Assembly: GCA_963813065.1 (NCBI GenBank)
Contig: CAWEXP010000010.1
Location: 96,250-160,249 of the forward strand
DNA from: Candidatus Kaiserbacteria bacterium
GTDB taxonomy: Bacteria; Patescibacteriota; Minisyncoccia; Phycocordibacterales; Phycocordibacteraceae
DNA length: 64,000 nt
Direction of reading: 5' to 3'
Shown: positions 1 to 10,361 of the stretch, piece after piece
Position numbering within the stretch: the first letter of the stretch is position 1
Layout: every line of letters begins with the position of its first letter
Notes under the pieces: generated by a model
The model's database searches: none
The model's input: only the letters and a program-made list of their open reading frames with translations
What the model was told of the DNA's origin: nothing
Made by a program: the position numbers and the translations under genes

Positions 1-1
1 C

Positions 2-838
2 TTCTGGCGCATAGTTTTTCCTCTCAGGGTTATTTTTGAATGTCACGGGCTACACTGTCCCGCATCCGATCCTTATGTATGTCGGAATGCGGACGCACTC
101 ATATTCGTCTCGGACAAGACAATGAATATCGCGCAAAAAGAATTTGGATCGAAAGTGCCCATGTTCCTGATGCCAGTCGTCGTTGATGTATCCGAGTACG
201 ATTCTTTCCGTCATAAGAAAACTGCCCTGCGGCAGACATTAAGACTTCCGGCAGACAAACTCCTGATTGGCTATGTTGGGCGCTTTACGGCACTTGGCGC
301 GAATAAAGGCATCACGACCAGCCTCAACGCATTCGCGCGCGCGGAGCTCCACGGGTCAGAGTTGTGCCTGATTGGCGGTACTAATGAAGAGATTGCCTCT
401 GCGCGAGCAGAGGCGGAGAGGCTCGGTATCACGGAGCGCGTGCGCTTCATCCCATTTGTCCATGATCGGCAGAAGGTCGTGCAATATCTGTGTGCGATGG
501 ACATTGTTTTCTATCTCCCGCCACCGGAGCATTTTTTCGTCGAGGAGACATCGCCTATGAAGCTTTTCGAATATATGGCCGCCGAGAAGCCAATCATCGT
601 CTCTGACTTCCCGACGATGCGCGCCATTCTCGATGACGACAGCGCGGTATTTGTCGATCCGACCAACATTGGCGCGGTCGCAGACGCATTCCAGCGACTC
701 GCGGGCGATCCCACACTCCGCGACCGATTGGCTACTGAGGCTTTCAAGAAGGTGCGCGGACAGAGTTGGGACGAGCGCGCCAAGGAGATGCTCAATATTG
801 TATCCGAGGCCACAACTAATAGTAGGGAACCCCGATAA
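2..838 (+). CDS. Glycosyltransferase family 1 (GT4-type), C-terminal domain; 5'-partial. The frame is open from the window start and the first in-window Met is at 122.
   Basis: Translation shows GT1 C-domain motifs (ADALIFVS..., EETSPMKLFEYMAAEKPIIVSD). Frame 2 is open from nt 2 with no upstream stop. Confidence 0.7.
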   Translation, partial: FWRIVFPLRVIFECHGLHCPASDPYVCRNADALIFVSDKTMNIAQKEFGSKVPMFLMPVVVDVSEYDSFRHKKTALRQTLRLPADKLLIGYVGRFTALGANKGITTSLNAFARAELHGSELCLIGGTNEEIASARAEAERLGITERVRFIPFVHDRQKVVQYLCAMDIVFYLPPPEHFFVEETSPMKLFEYMAAEKPIIVSDFPTMRAILDDDSAVFVDPTNIGAVADAFQRLAGDPTLRDRLATEAFKKVRGQSWDERAKEMLNIVSEATTNSREPR

Positions 839-958
839 TTTCTTTTATCAATTGTGCGGATAACGCATATTGCTCAGGATAGAGTCAAGCGCCACGGAAA
901 GTGATATCATAGCGCACATGTTCAGAGAATATTTGCGCAGTATATGTAATGAGCATGC

Positions 959-1582
959 ATGACACTTTTTTATAAAATATCTGGAATAATCGGGAGGATC
1001 CCCGCCCAGCTGTATAAAAGCAAAATACGCCAAGCATACGGCATTGATTTGACAAAAGTTCACATTACGGGCAGACCTTGGATACGACAGGCGGAAGGAT
1101 CGCGAATTGCCATTGGTGATTCGACCCATTTGGTATCAAAGTTCGAATATAACGTGGCAGGTATAAATCATCCGTGCATCGTGGCTACCACGAGGAAGAA
1201 CGCCACGATACGAATTGGTTCCGATGGAGGATTTTCAGGAGTGACGATTGTGGCGGCCAAAGCCATTTTGATTGGTGATCGTGTTAGTTGCGGCGTAAAC
1301 GTGTGTATCTACGACAATGATTTTCATCCGCTCAACGCTCATTTACGAACGGTAAACAACGAATCAGAAATTGCCGCTCTGCCAGTAACGATTGGAAACG
1401 ATATATGGATTGGTGCCAATTCACTTATCCTAAAAGGCGTTATCATTGGTGACCGCTCAATTGTTGGGGCAGGCTCTGTTGTGACTACGGATATTCCAGC
1501 CGACTCCATTTACGCCGGGAATCCAGCCCGGTTCATAAAAAGGATAGAAGAACATTCACTGGCGGCGCACTTGGGTCAATGA
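959..1582 (+). CDS. Left-handed beta-helix (hexapeptide-repeat) acetyltransferase, WbbJ/WcaF-like
   Basis: Repeated [LIV]-G-x-x-x-x-I hexapeptides (IGDRVSCGVNVCIYD, IGNDIWIGANSLILKGVIIGDRSIVGAGSVV) and a C-terminal AGNPARFI. Confidence 0.65.
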   Translation: MTLFYKISGIIGRIPAQLYKSKIRQAYGIDLTKVHITGRPWIRQAEGSRIAIGDSTHLVSKFEYNVAGINHPCIVATTRKNATIRIGSDGGFSGVTIVAAKAILIGDRVSCGVNVCIYDNDFHPLNAHLRTVNNESEIAALPVTIGNDIWIGANSLILKGVIIGDRSIVGAGSVVTTDIPADSIYAGNPARFIKRIEEHSLAAHLGQ

Positions 1583-1599
1583 TGATATAGTACCAACCA

Positions 1600-2349
1600 A
1601 TGAATGTCGCTAAATTGATTGAAAAGATTAAATGCAAGATAGTTTTTTTCCTTCGATGGTCACGACGGGCGGCGAAGAATGCAGTGCTTCGAGCTCTGTT
1701 GGCGCTGGGAGTCCTACCAGAGAGATACCGCTACTCCCTCAAAGAGGACTACGTCTCTCGTAATGTGAATCTGGCGTGGTGGGAGAAACATATTAGCTAT
1801 ACCGTCCTAAAGCAGTACGCGCCCCAGTTGCGGGGAGTCGTTGCGGATTTTGGGTGTAATCACGGGACCGGCACCATTCTCGCGGCACGGAATCAAAATG
1901 TCGAAACCATCATCGGTTTCGATCTAAACGCCAAGGCGATACGGACGGCAGAGAAGCTTCTAAGAGACTGCGGAGAACCGGAGGAGGTGAAGCGTAAAGT
2001 CCATTTCGTCAAAAGTATGTTGGACCATATCGAGGTTCCAGACGATTACTTTGATGGCGCCATTATGTTCCATGTGTTAGAGCACATCTATCCAGCAAAT
2101 CGTCCTGCTGTGTTCAAGGAGCTGCAGCGCGTGCTCAAGCCCGGCGCTTTTTTCCTTATCGTTCTGCCGTACGAGCATGCCTATGACGATGGGATCCAGC
2201 ACGTCGCATTCTTCAATGTCGAAACTCTCACCGATCTGCTCCAGCAGTCAGGATTCGAGGTGGTCGAATGCTACCGAGATACCCGGGGCGACGCGTATCG
2301 ACCTGAAGGCCACGATTGTCTTAACGCCGTGTGCCGGAACAAAAGGTAA
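1600..2349 (+). CDS. Class I SAM-dependent methyltransferase
   Basis: Motif I VADFGCNHGTG, post-I acidic residue, FDGAIMFHVLEHI and LKPGAFFLIV, typical of the Methyltransf_11/25 fold. Confidence 0.65.
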   Translation: MNVAKLIEKIKCKIVFFLRWSRRAAKNAVLRALLALGVLPERYRYSLKEDYVSRNVNLAWWEKHISYTVLKQYAPQLRGVVADFGCNHGTGTILAARNQNVETIIGFDLNAKAIRTAEKLLRDCGEPEEVKRKVHFVKSMLDHIEVPDDYFDGAIMFHVLEHIYPANRPAVFKELQRVLKPGAFFLIVLPYEHAYDDGIQHVAFFNVETLTDLLQQSGFEVVECYRDTRGDAYRPEGHDCLNAVCRNKR

Positions 2350-3142
2350 TAATTCGATACAATATTTGTTTGAGCGCGGCGTGTAATCGTGGGAAATAGG
2401 CGCGCGAATATGAGAACGGGAAGTGGGCAGTTAGGCGCCAGATATCTTTCGGATTAATCGGTGATAAACCATAGTTCTTCTGGACCGTGCGCCATTCGGC
2501 GACAAACTTTTCGCGCGCGGTGCTCGTTTTCGATTCGCCCCAGATGCGGAAGGTCGCGAGCGGGGAGGGGATGCGCAGGGCGTGCGCTTGGCGGAGGATG
2601 CGCACCCAGAGCTCGTAGTCCATGACGTAATGGAGATGCTCATCGAGCGGGCCGACCTGGGCGATGATGCGCTTGGTAAAAAAAGTGGCCGGCTGGTAGA
2701 GCCGATGCCCGCGCACAGTAACATTTTCGAGCGTCGGTTCCTCGGGGATGCGCAGGTCGGTGGTGTGCGTCGATTCATTTTCGAAATAGCACTGCCCGCA
2801 GAAGAGATCAATTGCAGGGTGCTCGTGGTGCGCGCGGGCAACGGTGGCGAATGCGCCCGGCGCGTAATAATCGTCAGAATTAATCCATGCGAAGATATCG
2901 CCGGTCGCGCGGGCGAACCCCTCGTTGATCGCCTGCGACTGGCCCTTGCCGCTTTGCTTCCACCAGCGGAGTCGTCCCTGATTCTGATATTCATCTAATA
3001 TCGCAACGGTCTCGTCGGTTGAGCCGCCATCGACCACGAAGTACTCCACCTTGAAATCGCCCTGCTGGGCGAGCACGCTCTCGATGGTCTGCCGGATATA
3101 TCGGCCTTGATTGAGCGAGGGGGTGACGATGCTGAACTTCAT
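2321..3142 (-). CDS. Glycosyltransferase family 2. The likely true start is Met 41 of the listed ORF (MKFSIVTPSLNQG...).
   Basis: GT2 signature MKFSIVTPSLNQGRYIRQTIESVLAQ..., DGGSTDET, and a DxD-like SDDYY. Convergent overlap with the methyltransferase 3' end. Confidence 0.75.
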   Translation of the reverse strand: MKFSIVTPSLNQGRYIRQTIESVLAQQGDFKVEYFVVDGGSTDETVAILDEYQNQGRLRWWKQSGKGQSQAINEGFARATGDIFAWINSDDYYAPGAFATVARAHHEHPAIDLFCGQCYFENESTHTTDLRIPEEPTLENVTVRGHRLYQPATFFTKRIIAQVGPLDEHLHYVMDYELWVRILRQAHALRIPSPLATFRIWGESKTSTAREKFVAEWRTVQKNYGLSPINPKDIWRLTAHFPFSYSRAYFPRLHAALKQILYRIITFCSGTRR

Positions 3143-3945
3143 ACGCGGTTTTGTTGATATTTCCAGAGCGAGCGATAACATTCGAACGTATACCAGCCGT
3201 AGAGCAGACTCATTTCCAATCCGAGGGATCCGTCGACGTAACCCTTTTTTGTGACGAAACATTCCCAGAAGGCCGCGAGTGGGCGGTAGAGGAAACTCTT
3301 CCAGCTCGCGCGCTCGCTACGCTCATATCGTTTTGGTCCCTCCAGCGCGGCATACCGCCGATGCTTCGGCACAAAATCTTTCACACCTGAAAGCCACAAA
3401 TGTTCGACATAGTTCTTGTCCTTTCGGTGAGTCGTCTCGATTTTGTAAGGGGCCTGTATGTCATAGCCACCATGTACCACCGGCCGTCGGATCGCACGGT
3501 CACGATGCATGAGGAGCGGCCGCGCTCGACTACCCCAGACCGTGCCGCGCAGGGCGCGGCCGCCGACGTGGAAGAGGCATGGCACACTGATAAGCGCGAC
3601 ATCGTCGCGCATCCGCGCTACCAAGTCAGGAATGAGTTCGGGCATGACGCGCTCGTCGGGGTCAAGAAAGAGGATCCATTTCTGTGATGCATGGTCGACG
3701 CCGAACTGCGCCACCATTTCTCCAATCTCGACTGGCGCATGCGATAGGACGATCGCGCCATGCGCACGGGCAATAGCGACCGAATTATCCGAGGATTCGA
3801 GATCGATATAGATTTTCTCTTTGCAAAAGTCCAGAGAATCGAGACAGTTGGGGAGCAAATGTCCTTCGTTGCGTCCAACAACGACCGCAGAGATAGGCAG
3901 GATCAATGGCGTCTCTTTTTCCTTCATGGGGACATAGTATCGCAT
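3139..3945 (-). CDS. Glycosyltransferase family 2-like
   Basis: N-terminal PISAVVVGRNEG..LLPNCLDSL and DLESSDNS resemble the GT2 nucleotide-binding region. 4-bp overlap with the downstream GT2 start. Confidence 0.55.
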   Translation of the reverse strand: MRYYVPMKEKETPLILPISAVVVGRNEGHLLPNCLDSLDFCKEKIYIDLESSDNSVAIARAHGAIVLSHAPVEIGEMVAQFGVDHASQKWILFLDPDERVMPELIPDLVARMRDDVALISVPCLFHVGGRALRGTVWGSRARPLLMHRDRAIRRPVVHGGYDIQAPYKIETTHRKDKNYVEHLWLSGVKDFVPKHRRYAALEGPKRYERSERASWKSFLYRPLAAFWECFVTKKGYVDGSLGLEMSLLYGWYTFECYRSLWKYQQNRV

Positions 3946-3961
3946 TTACGGAAAGCGAAAG

Positions 3962-5233
3962 TTACGTTTGCGCTCTTTCGCGTGCGGTAAGCATTTCCCA
4001 CTGGATAATGCCGATGGTCGTCGAGATAGTGAGCTGGAGATAGAGACTCATCACGACGCCCGCAAGGCCGTAGAGCGGTATCAGGATAACGAGCGAGGCG
4101 ACTAGGGAGAGTGGCGGAATGGTACCCCAATAGATCCAGGACTTCGGCATGAGGTGAACCTTGGACTGCATCGCGGCGCCGAGGAAGTTGCCAGGGAGGA
4201 TGAATGCGAGGGTGAACGCATAGAACTGCGTGACCGTGATAGCGGCGTGATACTTGGGGAAGACGAAGGTGAAGACGTAAGGCGCGAGGAGCGCATACGC
4301 GGTCGCTGTGACGAGCCCGATGACGAAAAGAAGGAAGAGTCGCCCGTATATTTGAGTATTGATTTCGAATATGGTCCGGTGCGAGAGCTTGGGGACGGCG
4401 ATAGGCACGATATTTTTTGCCCACGCGCGGATCTGGTCGAGTGGGCCGGTCGCGAGATTGTAGACCGCGACGGGTATGGGCCCGAGGAAGTGGAAGATGA
4501 ACAGGTCGTCAACATATTTAATGATGGTATTCAAAAGGCCCGCGAAGGTGAGGTGGCGGCCATAAGAGATGATGCGTGGATCGTGAGTCGTATTGGGCGA
4601 ATAGCGACGGAGCGTCACGCGATGCGCGACGTAGCGTGCCAAGGTCCACGAGCCGAAATAGGCGAGGAGCAGGACATAGAGATTGTGGGTGAGCACCACG
4701 GCCGCGGCCACGACCACGGTGCTGAAGAGTTGTCCAACGACGAAATAGACTGTGGACGCGCGAAAATCTTTCTTGCCCTGGAGGAAGGTCTGGAAAAGTG
4801 AGAACGGATCCATGATGGGCACGAAAAGTGCCGCGAGGACGAGCGCCCACGCGAGTACGCTGTTCCCTTGGAGGAAGTAATAACCTGCCACGAGGAGGCC
4901 GCCACCGAGACCCAGAAGTCCCCAGCGCATCTTCTCCCGCAGAGCGATAAGGAACGAGCCTTCGCTACCGCGCGCTACGCCGGGCCCGAGGGTGGTGTTG
5001 ATGCCCGAGAGTGTTGTCAAGGTCAGGATGCTAATGACGGCGAGGACGTAATCGTACGTGCCATACACCGCGGGCGAGAGGAAGTTCGCGAAGAGGATAA
5101 CGAGGAGGAGGGAGGAGGCGCTGGCGGCGAACTGTCCCGCGGTGACCCAGAAGCCGCTGGTCGTTAAATAGACCATATCGGTCTTGGTATAGCGCTCCGT
5201 CGAGCGCAGGAAGGAGATAAGCCGTTCTTTCAT
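3962..5233 (-). CDS. Polysaccharide biosynthesis/export membrane protein (Wzx-like flippase, MOP superfamily)
   Basis: About 12 predicted TM helices; N-terminal MKERLISFLRSTERYTKTDMVYLTTSGFWVTAGQFAASASSLLLVILFANFL resembles the start of O-unit flippases. Confidence 0.55.
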   Translation of the reverse strand: MKERLISFLRSTERYTKTDMVYLTTSGFWVTAGQFAASASSLLLVILFANFLSPAVYGTYDYVLAVISILTLTTLSGINTTLGPGVARGSEGSFLIALREKMRWGLLGLGGGLLVAGYYFLQGNSVLAWALVLAALFVPIMDPFSLFQTFLQGKKDFRASTVYFVVGQLFSTVVVAAAVVLTHNLYVLLLAYFGSWTLARYVAHRVTLRRYSPNTTHDPRIISYGRHLTFAGLLNTIIKYVDDLFIFHFLGPIPVAVYNLATGPLDQIRAWAKNIVPIAVPKLSHRTIFEINTQIYGRLFLLFVIGLVTATAYALLAPYVFTFVFPKYHAAITVTQFYAFTLAFILPGNFLGAAMQSKVHLMPKSWIYWGTIPPLSLVASLVILIPLYGLAGVVMSLYLQLTISTTIGIIQWEMLTARERAQT

Positions 5234-5282
5234 TGCGGTTGCCCTACTATACTAGCCTATAACCGCCCAGCCAACGTGCACG

Positions 5283-6377
5283 TTACCTCAGCCTATGGAG
5301 GAAGGCGTAGAGCCCGTCGTGCCCGCCAATGTGGACGAAGAGGGCGCTCGCGAGAAACGGAAGCACGAAGAGTGCAACCCAGAGCCATGTGCGCCAGCGG
5401 TGTGCGTGCGCGAGGAGCCACTCAGCGCCGATGAGCGCGAGCGGCACGATAATAAAAAACTGACTGTAGAGAATACGGTCGGTGAAGAAGGGCCACTCGA
5501 TGACCGGCAGTGCAGAAATCGCGAGTGCGACGAACAGGAGCCAGCGTTCGCGCGCGATTTCAGCACGATATCGCAAGAGAACCCAACAACCGACAAGCAC
5601 CGGAATCCACAAGATGTTAAAGGTGGCGAATTCCGCGCCGAGGAAGAACTTCAGTGTATGCACGTTCTGGTAGAGATGCTGGTTGAGTGCAAACCAGCCG
5701 AGAAAAGTGGGTAGGCCGGAGAAGTGGATGGCGATGAAGAGGATGGATTCGGCAATGAGGAAAGGAATCGAGATGAAAAGAATTCTTCGCGCCGTCTTCA
5801 CGAATCCCCATTCCGGGTAGTGCAAGAGCAGATACACACCACCGAAAAGGAGCCCGACAACGCCGGTCTCTTTGCTCGCCGCGCCAAGAAATCCGATGAG
5901 CGAAGCGAGGAGCAAGAGACGATTATTCTCGGTGCGCACGGCGACGAGCACTGCGAGCATGGTCGCGGTCGCGAAGAACCATCCGGAGGCATCGGTGCCG
6001 TAGGCGAAAGCCATCCCGAGTACCGGATATCCGACGGTAATCCAGAAGCTCCCGAGGAAGGTCATGCGCTCGTCGAATCCAATCTCGCGGAGGAAGAAAT
6101 AACTCGTGAAAGAAAGTCCAATGAGGAAAAGCCCATTGAGGAAGAGGAGGACGCTCTCGGGCGAGAGGAAGGAGAGCGCGAGCCCCACGACGGCGTACAG
6201 CGGTTTGAAGGCGCGCAGAGCCGCCCACTGGTCGGGTGAGGAGAGCGAGAGGTGCCGCAGAGCAGTGATTTGATCTATGTACGAAGCGGCATCGATTCTG
6301 GCAATGCTGAATACAAAAACGGTGAGTAGAATCACTGCACCATCGAGGGCAATCAGCCAGAGCAAGGGGCGACGCAT
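5283..6377 (-). CDS. Polytopic membrane protein, possibly a GT-C-fold glycosyltransferase or polymerase. The listed ORF (to 6686) is probably over-extended and the true start is likely ATG at 6377 (MRRPLLWLIAL...).
   Basis: Hydrophobic throughout from MRRPLLW onward. The upstream 104 codons are hydrophilic and overlap the promoter region of the divergent gene at 6417. Confidence 0.35.
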   Translation of the reverse strand: MRRPLLWLIALDGAVILLTVFVFSIARIDAASYIDQITALRHLSLSSPDQWAALRAFKPLYAVVGLALSFLSPESVLLFLNGLFLIGLSFTSYFFLREIGFDERMTFLGSFWITVGYPVLGMAFAYGTDASGWFFATATMLAVLVAVRTENNRLLLLASLIGFLGAASKETGVVGLLFGGVYLLLHYPEWGFVKTARRILFISIPFLIAESILFIAIHFSGLPTFLGWFALNQHLYQNVHTLKFFLGAEFATFNILWIPVLVGCWVLLRYRAEIARERWLLFVALAISALPVIEWPFFTDRILYSQFFIIVPLALIGAEWLLAHAHRWRTWLWVALFVLPFLASALFVHIGGHDGLYAFLHRLR

Positions 6378-6416
6378 GGATTTCAGTCTACTATAAAAAG
6401 ACGGTATACTCGCGGC

Positions 6417-8108
6417 ATGAGTCGGAGTCTTCTCATACAGATTGGCTTCCTCGCTTTTTTCATTTTCCTTGCCATCGGCATTCTTTCGCCGAACCCTTTT
6501 GGTAATAATCCCGACATCATCCAGGACGAAAGTTATTTCCTCACCAGCTCGCTCTCGGCTATCGAGAAGGGAACACTCCCTGGGTTCGAGTTCTCGCACT
6601 CGGGAAGTTATTACGGCGGCCCGCAAATCTATCTGGATACCGTGGTGCTGGTTCCGGTGGTGGCCGTCATCTTCATCGCCGAACACGGTTCACGCGTCGC
6701 GACGGAGGTCTGGGTCGCTCTGCACACGGGCGACCTCCTCTCTCTCTTGCGACTCGTGAATGGCATCCTGGGGCTCGGCGCACTCGCGTGGTGCGTGTGG
6801 TTCTTCCGTAAGAAATCAATTCCGCGGCCACTTGCTCTCTCGCTCGCGCTCTTCCTCTTTTTGCTCTTGAGCACGGTGTTCTGCATCGAGTTCCTGCACA
6901 CGGCGAAGGTCTGGACGATCTATATACTCACTGTCGCGGTGATGGGCGCGTTCTTCCTCGCGCAAGAATACTATCTGCGTCACTATACGAGTGCGTTTGT
7001 GGAGAAGGGAACGTACGTCGCGCTCCTCGTCTGGAGCGGCGTGCTCGTGTTCTTGCAGAATTATTTCGGCGTTTTTTCTATCTTCCTTCTTGCGCTCTAC
7101 GCTCTGCTTCTTGAGCACATTAGGTTCAGCGATATCCTCCAGTATCTGAAGAAATATTGGTATCTCGTCGCTCTCGCGGTGCTCGCCCAACTCTCATTCT
7201 TCTATCGCGCGGCATTCGTCAACGGCATCGCCTCGTTCTACGACCTCTCGGCGAAGACCGGTACTAATCATATTGATTGGATTGGCCGACTCTACGACCC
7301 TCTCGTGTATGCAGTGACGGGTCAACCGTTGGTCGTGCTCTATCTCGTTCTCGTCGCGACCATCGCTTTCCTCTTTTTCTACCAGAAAAACTTCTTCGTT
7401 GATTGGCATCGGCGAATGCTGGTTGGTATCGCCCTGCTGAATCCGCTCGCGGTCTATCTATTCTTCCATGTGCTGATTGGATTCAGTGGCGCGCCACGGT
7501 ACGGCATCCTGCTGACGATGGCGTGCTCGTTCTCGATTGTGCTCCTGCTCGCCGAATTCGATATATTTTTTACCAAGCTTGCACTCGGCGTGAGCATCAT
7601 CTTGTTCTGCATCATCAATATCCATGCCATCGCGCTCTACTGGCGCCCCTCCTCCGAGACCATTTTGCTCGGCATACTTTCCACGCAGTACAACACTTCG
7701 AATACGGTCTTCATCCAGGATTCATCGGCAGTGCGGCTGGCCCTGCCCACCAACGCCGACTCACTCCCGCTTCTCGGTGATCGTTCTGACTTCACTCGTT
7801 TTCAATTCTTGCTCCAGCACCTAGATGCCGTGCGCGCACAGGTCGCCTTCCGCCCTCTGACCATCGTTACGACCAGTTCGGCAGACGAGGCGGCGGCCAT
7901 CGCGCGTTTCAGCACCACCACCGACGCGGTGTGGCTCATCACGACTGACTGTACAAATCTCTGCAGCGCGGCCGAGACCGGTGCCGGAACGTGCTTCTCG
8001 GTCCATCTCGACGCGTGCGGCGTTTCGCCACAGGAGGTGAATGACCTCCCTGTATTCCTCTCTTCTCGCCAACTCGGCGACGCGTATATCGTGCGGAGAG
8101 TGCACTAG
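6417..8108 (+). CDS. Polytopic membrane protein (GT-C-like/DUF2079-like), likely involved in envelope glycan assembly
   Basis: 563 aa with more than 12 TM segments. Sits between the flippase/GT genes and the O-antigen-ligase-like gene. Confidence 0.35.
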   Translation: MSRSLLIQIGFLAFFIFLAIGILSPNPFGNNPDIIQDESYFLTSSLSAIEKGTLPGFEFSHSGSYYGGPQIYLDTVVLVPVVAVIFIAEHGSRVATEVWVALHTGDLLSLLRLVNGILGLGALAWCVWFFRKKSIPRPLALSLALFLFLLLSTVFCIEFLHTAKVWTIYILTVAVMGAFFLAQEYYLRHYTSAFVEKGTYVALLVWSGVLVFLQNYFGVFSIFLLALYALLLEHIRFSDILQYLKKYWYLVALAVLAQLSFFYRAAFVNGIASFYDLSAKTGTNHIDWIGRLYDPLVYAVTGQPLVVLYLVLVATIAFLFFYQKNFFVDWHRRMLVGIALLNPLAVYLFFHVLIGFSGAPRYGILLTMACSFSIVLLLAEFDIFFTKLALGVSIILFCIINIHAIALYWRPSSETILLGILSTQYNTSNTVFIQDSSAVRLALPTNADSLPLLGDRSDFTRFQFLLQHLDAVRAQVAFRPLTIVTTSSADEAAAIARFSTTTDAVWLITTDCTNLCSAAETGAGTCFSVHLDACGVSPQEVNDLPVFLSSRQLGDAYIVRRVH

Positions 8109-8117
8109 GCACATGGT

Positions 8118-10322
8118 ATGATGGCGCCCATGTCACCCGCTACAAACACTGCCAAAACGATTGCGCGCTGGGTCGCCCTAGGCGCACTCTTCCTTATCCC
8201 GCTCGCGCCCCTCATTGTCGCCAATCAATTCTTCTTCCCCTTCATCACCGGGAAGGCATTCTTCTTCCGCATACTGGTCGAAGTCGCGGTATGCGCCTGG
8301 GCGGTGCTTGCACTCCTCGATAGGGAATATCGTCCGCGCTTCTCCTGGGTCGGTGCGGTCGTACTGGCCTTCATTGCGTGGATGTTCGTCGCAGATTTTT
8401 TTGCGATTAATGTGGCAAAAGCGTTCTTCAGCAACTTCGAACGCATGGAGGGTTGGATTCTGTTCATCCATCTCTTCGGCTTCTTCCTCGCGGCGGGTGC
8501 GGTACTGCGGGTAGAGAAACAATGGCGGAATTGGTTCTTCGTCTCGCTCGGCGTCTCGGTGATTATGGTGCTTTACTCGTTCTTCCAGCTCGGGGGCGTG
8601 TTCGCCATCCATCAAGGCTCGAATCGCATTGACGCAACGATGGGCAACTCCGCCTATCTGGCAATCTATTTCCTCTTCAATACCTTCATCGCGCTCTGGC
8701 TCGCGTTTACCCCGCCATCGGCGGGACAGGCCGAGAAACGCGCATGGCTCAAGTGGGGGCTGATTGCACTCGCGGTGCTTGAAGGAGTGCTGATTTTCAT
8801 GACCGAGACGCGCGGCACCATCATTGGGCTGACGGGCGGGCTCCTGCTCGCGGCGCTCCTTGCCGCACTGACCGGGAGCAAGCGCACGCGTAACCTCGCC
8901 TTGGGAGCGTGCGTACTCTTCTTGATTGTGGCGGGCGGATTCTACGCAGTCCGGAATAGTCCCGTCGTCCAGAATAATGATGTACTGAATCGCATCACCT
9001 CCATCAACGTGGCAGATGGCCAGACGCGCTTCACGCTCTGGCACATGGCATGGGAGGGTGTGCTCGCGCGCCCGGTCACTGGCTATGGCCAAGAAGGATT
9101 TAATTATGTGTTTAACAAATACTACGACCCATCGCTCTACGCGCAGGAATCGTGGTTCGATCGCGCACACAACGCCTTCATCGATTGGCTCGTGGCGGGT
9201 GGATTCCCGGCGTTCCTGCTCTACGTCTCACTCTTCGCCATCGCAATCCTCACGCTCTGGAAGAATTCAGAACTCTCGCGCGCGGAACGTATCTTGCTCA
9301 CGGCCGCATTTGTTGGCTACGCCTGCCACAATCTCTTCGTCTTCGACAACCTCTATTCGTATGTGTACTTCTTCGCACTGCTCGCGCTGATTGATTCACA
9401 AGTCGCGCGTCCCTTCGATGTTCTAGAAAAGTATCCCGAGATCGAGCCCTCAAGCGGCCTCACCTACGCGCTCCCCATCGCGGCGGCTGTTGCAGTCGGA
9501 CTCATCTGGTCGGTGAATATTCCGGGCATGGCGGTCGCGAGCGAACTCATCTCGGCGATATCTCCTGCGCAAAACGGTCCGGCAGGGAACCTCGCAATCT
9601 TCCAGGATGTGCTTCAACATCCGGCTTTCGCCGAACAGGAAATCCGCGAACAACTCGTCTCCTTTGCGGGTGGGGTTTCCCAGAGTCAGTCCGTGAGCGA
9701 CCAGGTTAAGCAGTCGTTCACTTCTTTTGCGGTTTCAGAAATGAGTAAGCAGGTCGCCTGGCATCCGCTCGATACACGCGAACATCTCGAGCTTGCCTTC
9801 GCGTATCGCGCGGCCGGTGACGAGCAAAGTGCCTTGCGCGAGGTCCAAGCGGCCGAAGCACTTTCACCTCAAAAAGAGGACTTGATCCTGCAGGCGGCCG
9901 GCATCGAATTGGATCTCGGCGAGGCCAAGGCGGCTCAGGCGGACTTCAATCGTGCGTACGAGCTCGGCCCGCAGTTTACTGATCTGGCCACTGATGCCGC
10001 CGCCGGCGACTACGCGGCGGGCGATACCGCCGCTGGTGATGCGTTACTGCTAAAAACATTCGCCACGACGACTCTCGACAACCAGATGCTCGCACTTGCG
10101 TACTACCAGACCAAAGATTGGTCGCGCCTCATCCGACTCTGGCAGTTGCGCGCGAGCGCACCCGACGCGAGCGAGCAGACGCTCTTCGGCCTCGCGGCGG
10201 CATACTACGTTGCGGGCGACAAAGCAGATGCCATTACTGCCGTGCAAAATGTGGTGAAAAAATATCCAGACGCCGCGCAGGATGCCGCCGCCGCACTCGC
10301 GCAGATTAGGGCAGGGAAGTAG
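8118..10322 (+). CDS. O-antigen ligase (Wzy_C/WaaL)-family membrane protein with C-terminal TPR repeats
   Basis: N-terminal half has the Wzy_C topology and an RFTLWHMAWEG...GYGQEGF motif. C-terminal 250 aa are Ala/Leu-rich TPR-like repeats (AFAYRAAGDEQSALREVQAAEAL...). Confidence 0.6.
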   Translation: MMAPMSPATNTAKTIARWVALGALFLIPLAPLIVANQFFFPFITGKAFFFRILVEVAVCAWAVLALLDREYRPRFSWVGAVVLAFIAWMFVADFFAINVAKAFFSNFERMEGWILFIHLFGFFLAAGAVLRVEKQWRNWFFVSLGVSVIMVLYSFFQLGGVFAIHQGSNRIDATMGNSAYLAIYFLFNTFIALWLAFTPPSAGQAEKRAWLKWGLIALAVLEGVLIFMTETRGTIIGLTGGLLLAALLAALTGSKRTRNLALGACVLFLIVAGGFYAVRNSPVVQNNDVLNRITSINVADGQTRFTLWHMAWEGVLARPVTGYGQEGFNYVFNKYYDPSLYAQESWFDRAHNAFIDWLVAGGFPAFLLYVSLFAIAILTLWKNSELSRAERILLTAAFVGYACHNLFVFDNLYSYVYFFALLALIDSQVARPFDVLEKYPEIEPSSGLTYALPIAAAVAVGLIWSVNIPGMAVASELISAISPAQNGPAGNLAIFQDVLQHPAFAEQEIREQLVSFAGGVSQSQSVSDQVKQSFTSFAVSEMSKQVAWHPLDTREHLELAFAYRAAGDEQSALREVQAAEALSPQKEDLILQAAGIELDLGEAKAAQADFNRAYELGPQFTDLATDAAAGDYAAGDTAAGDALLLKTFATTTLDNQMLALAYYQTKDWSRLIRLWQLRASAPDASEQTLFGLAAAYYVAGDKADAITAVQNVVKKYPDAAQDAAAALAQIRAGK

Positions 10323-10361
10323 CCATGATCGTCCGCGAGCACATCACGCTCGCTCCACCGT

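Noticed and set aside
8178-9170. 330-aa ORF on the minus strand inside the O-antigen-ligase gene. Similar long antisense ORFs occur at 10878-11717, 11720-12922, 31165-32136, 32176-33111 and 62124-62795.
   Set aside because: All are antisense to genes with strong homology or domain signal, are Arg/Ala/Gly-rich with no motifs, and are typical of stop-poor antisense frames in GC-rich DNA.
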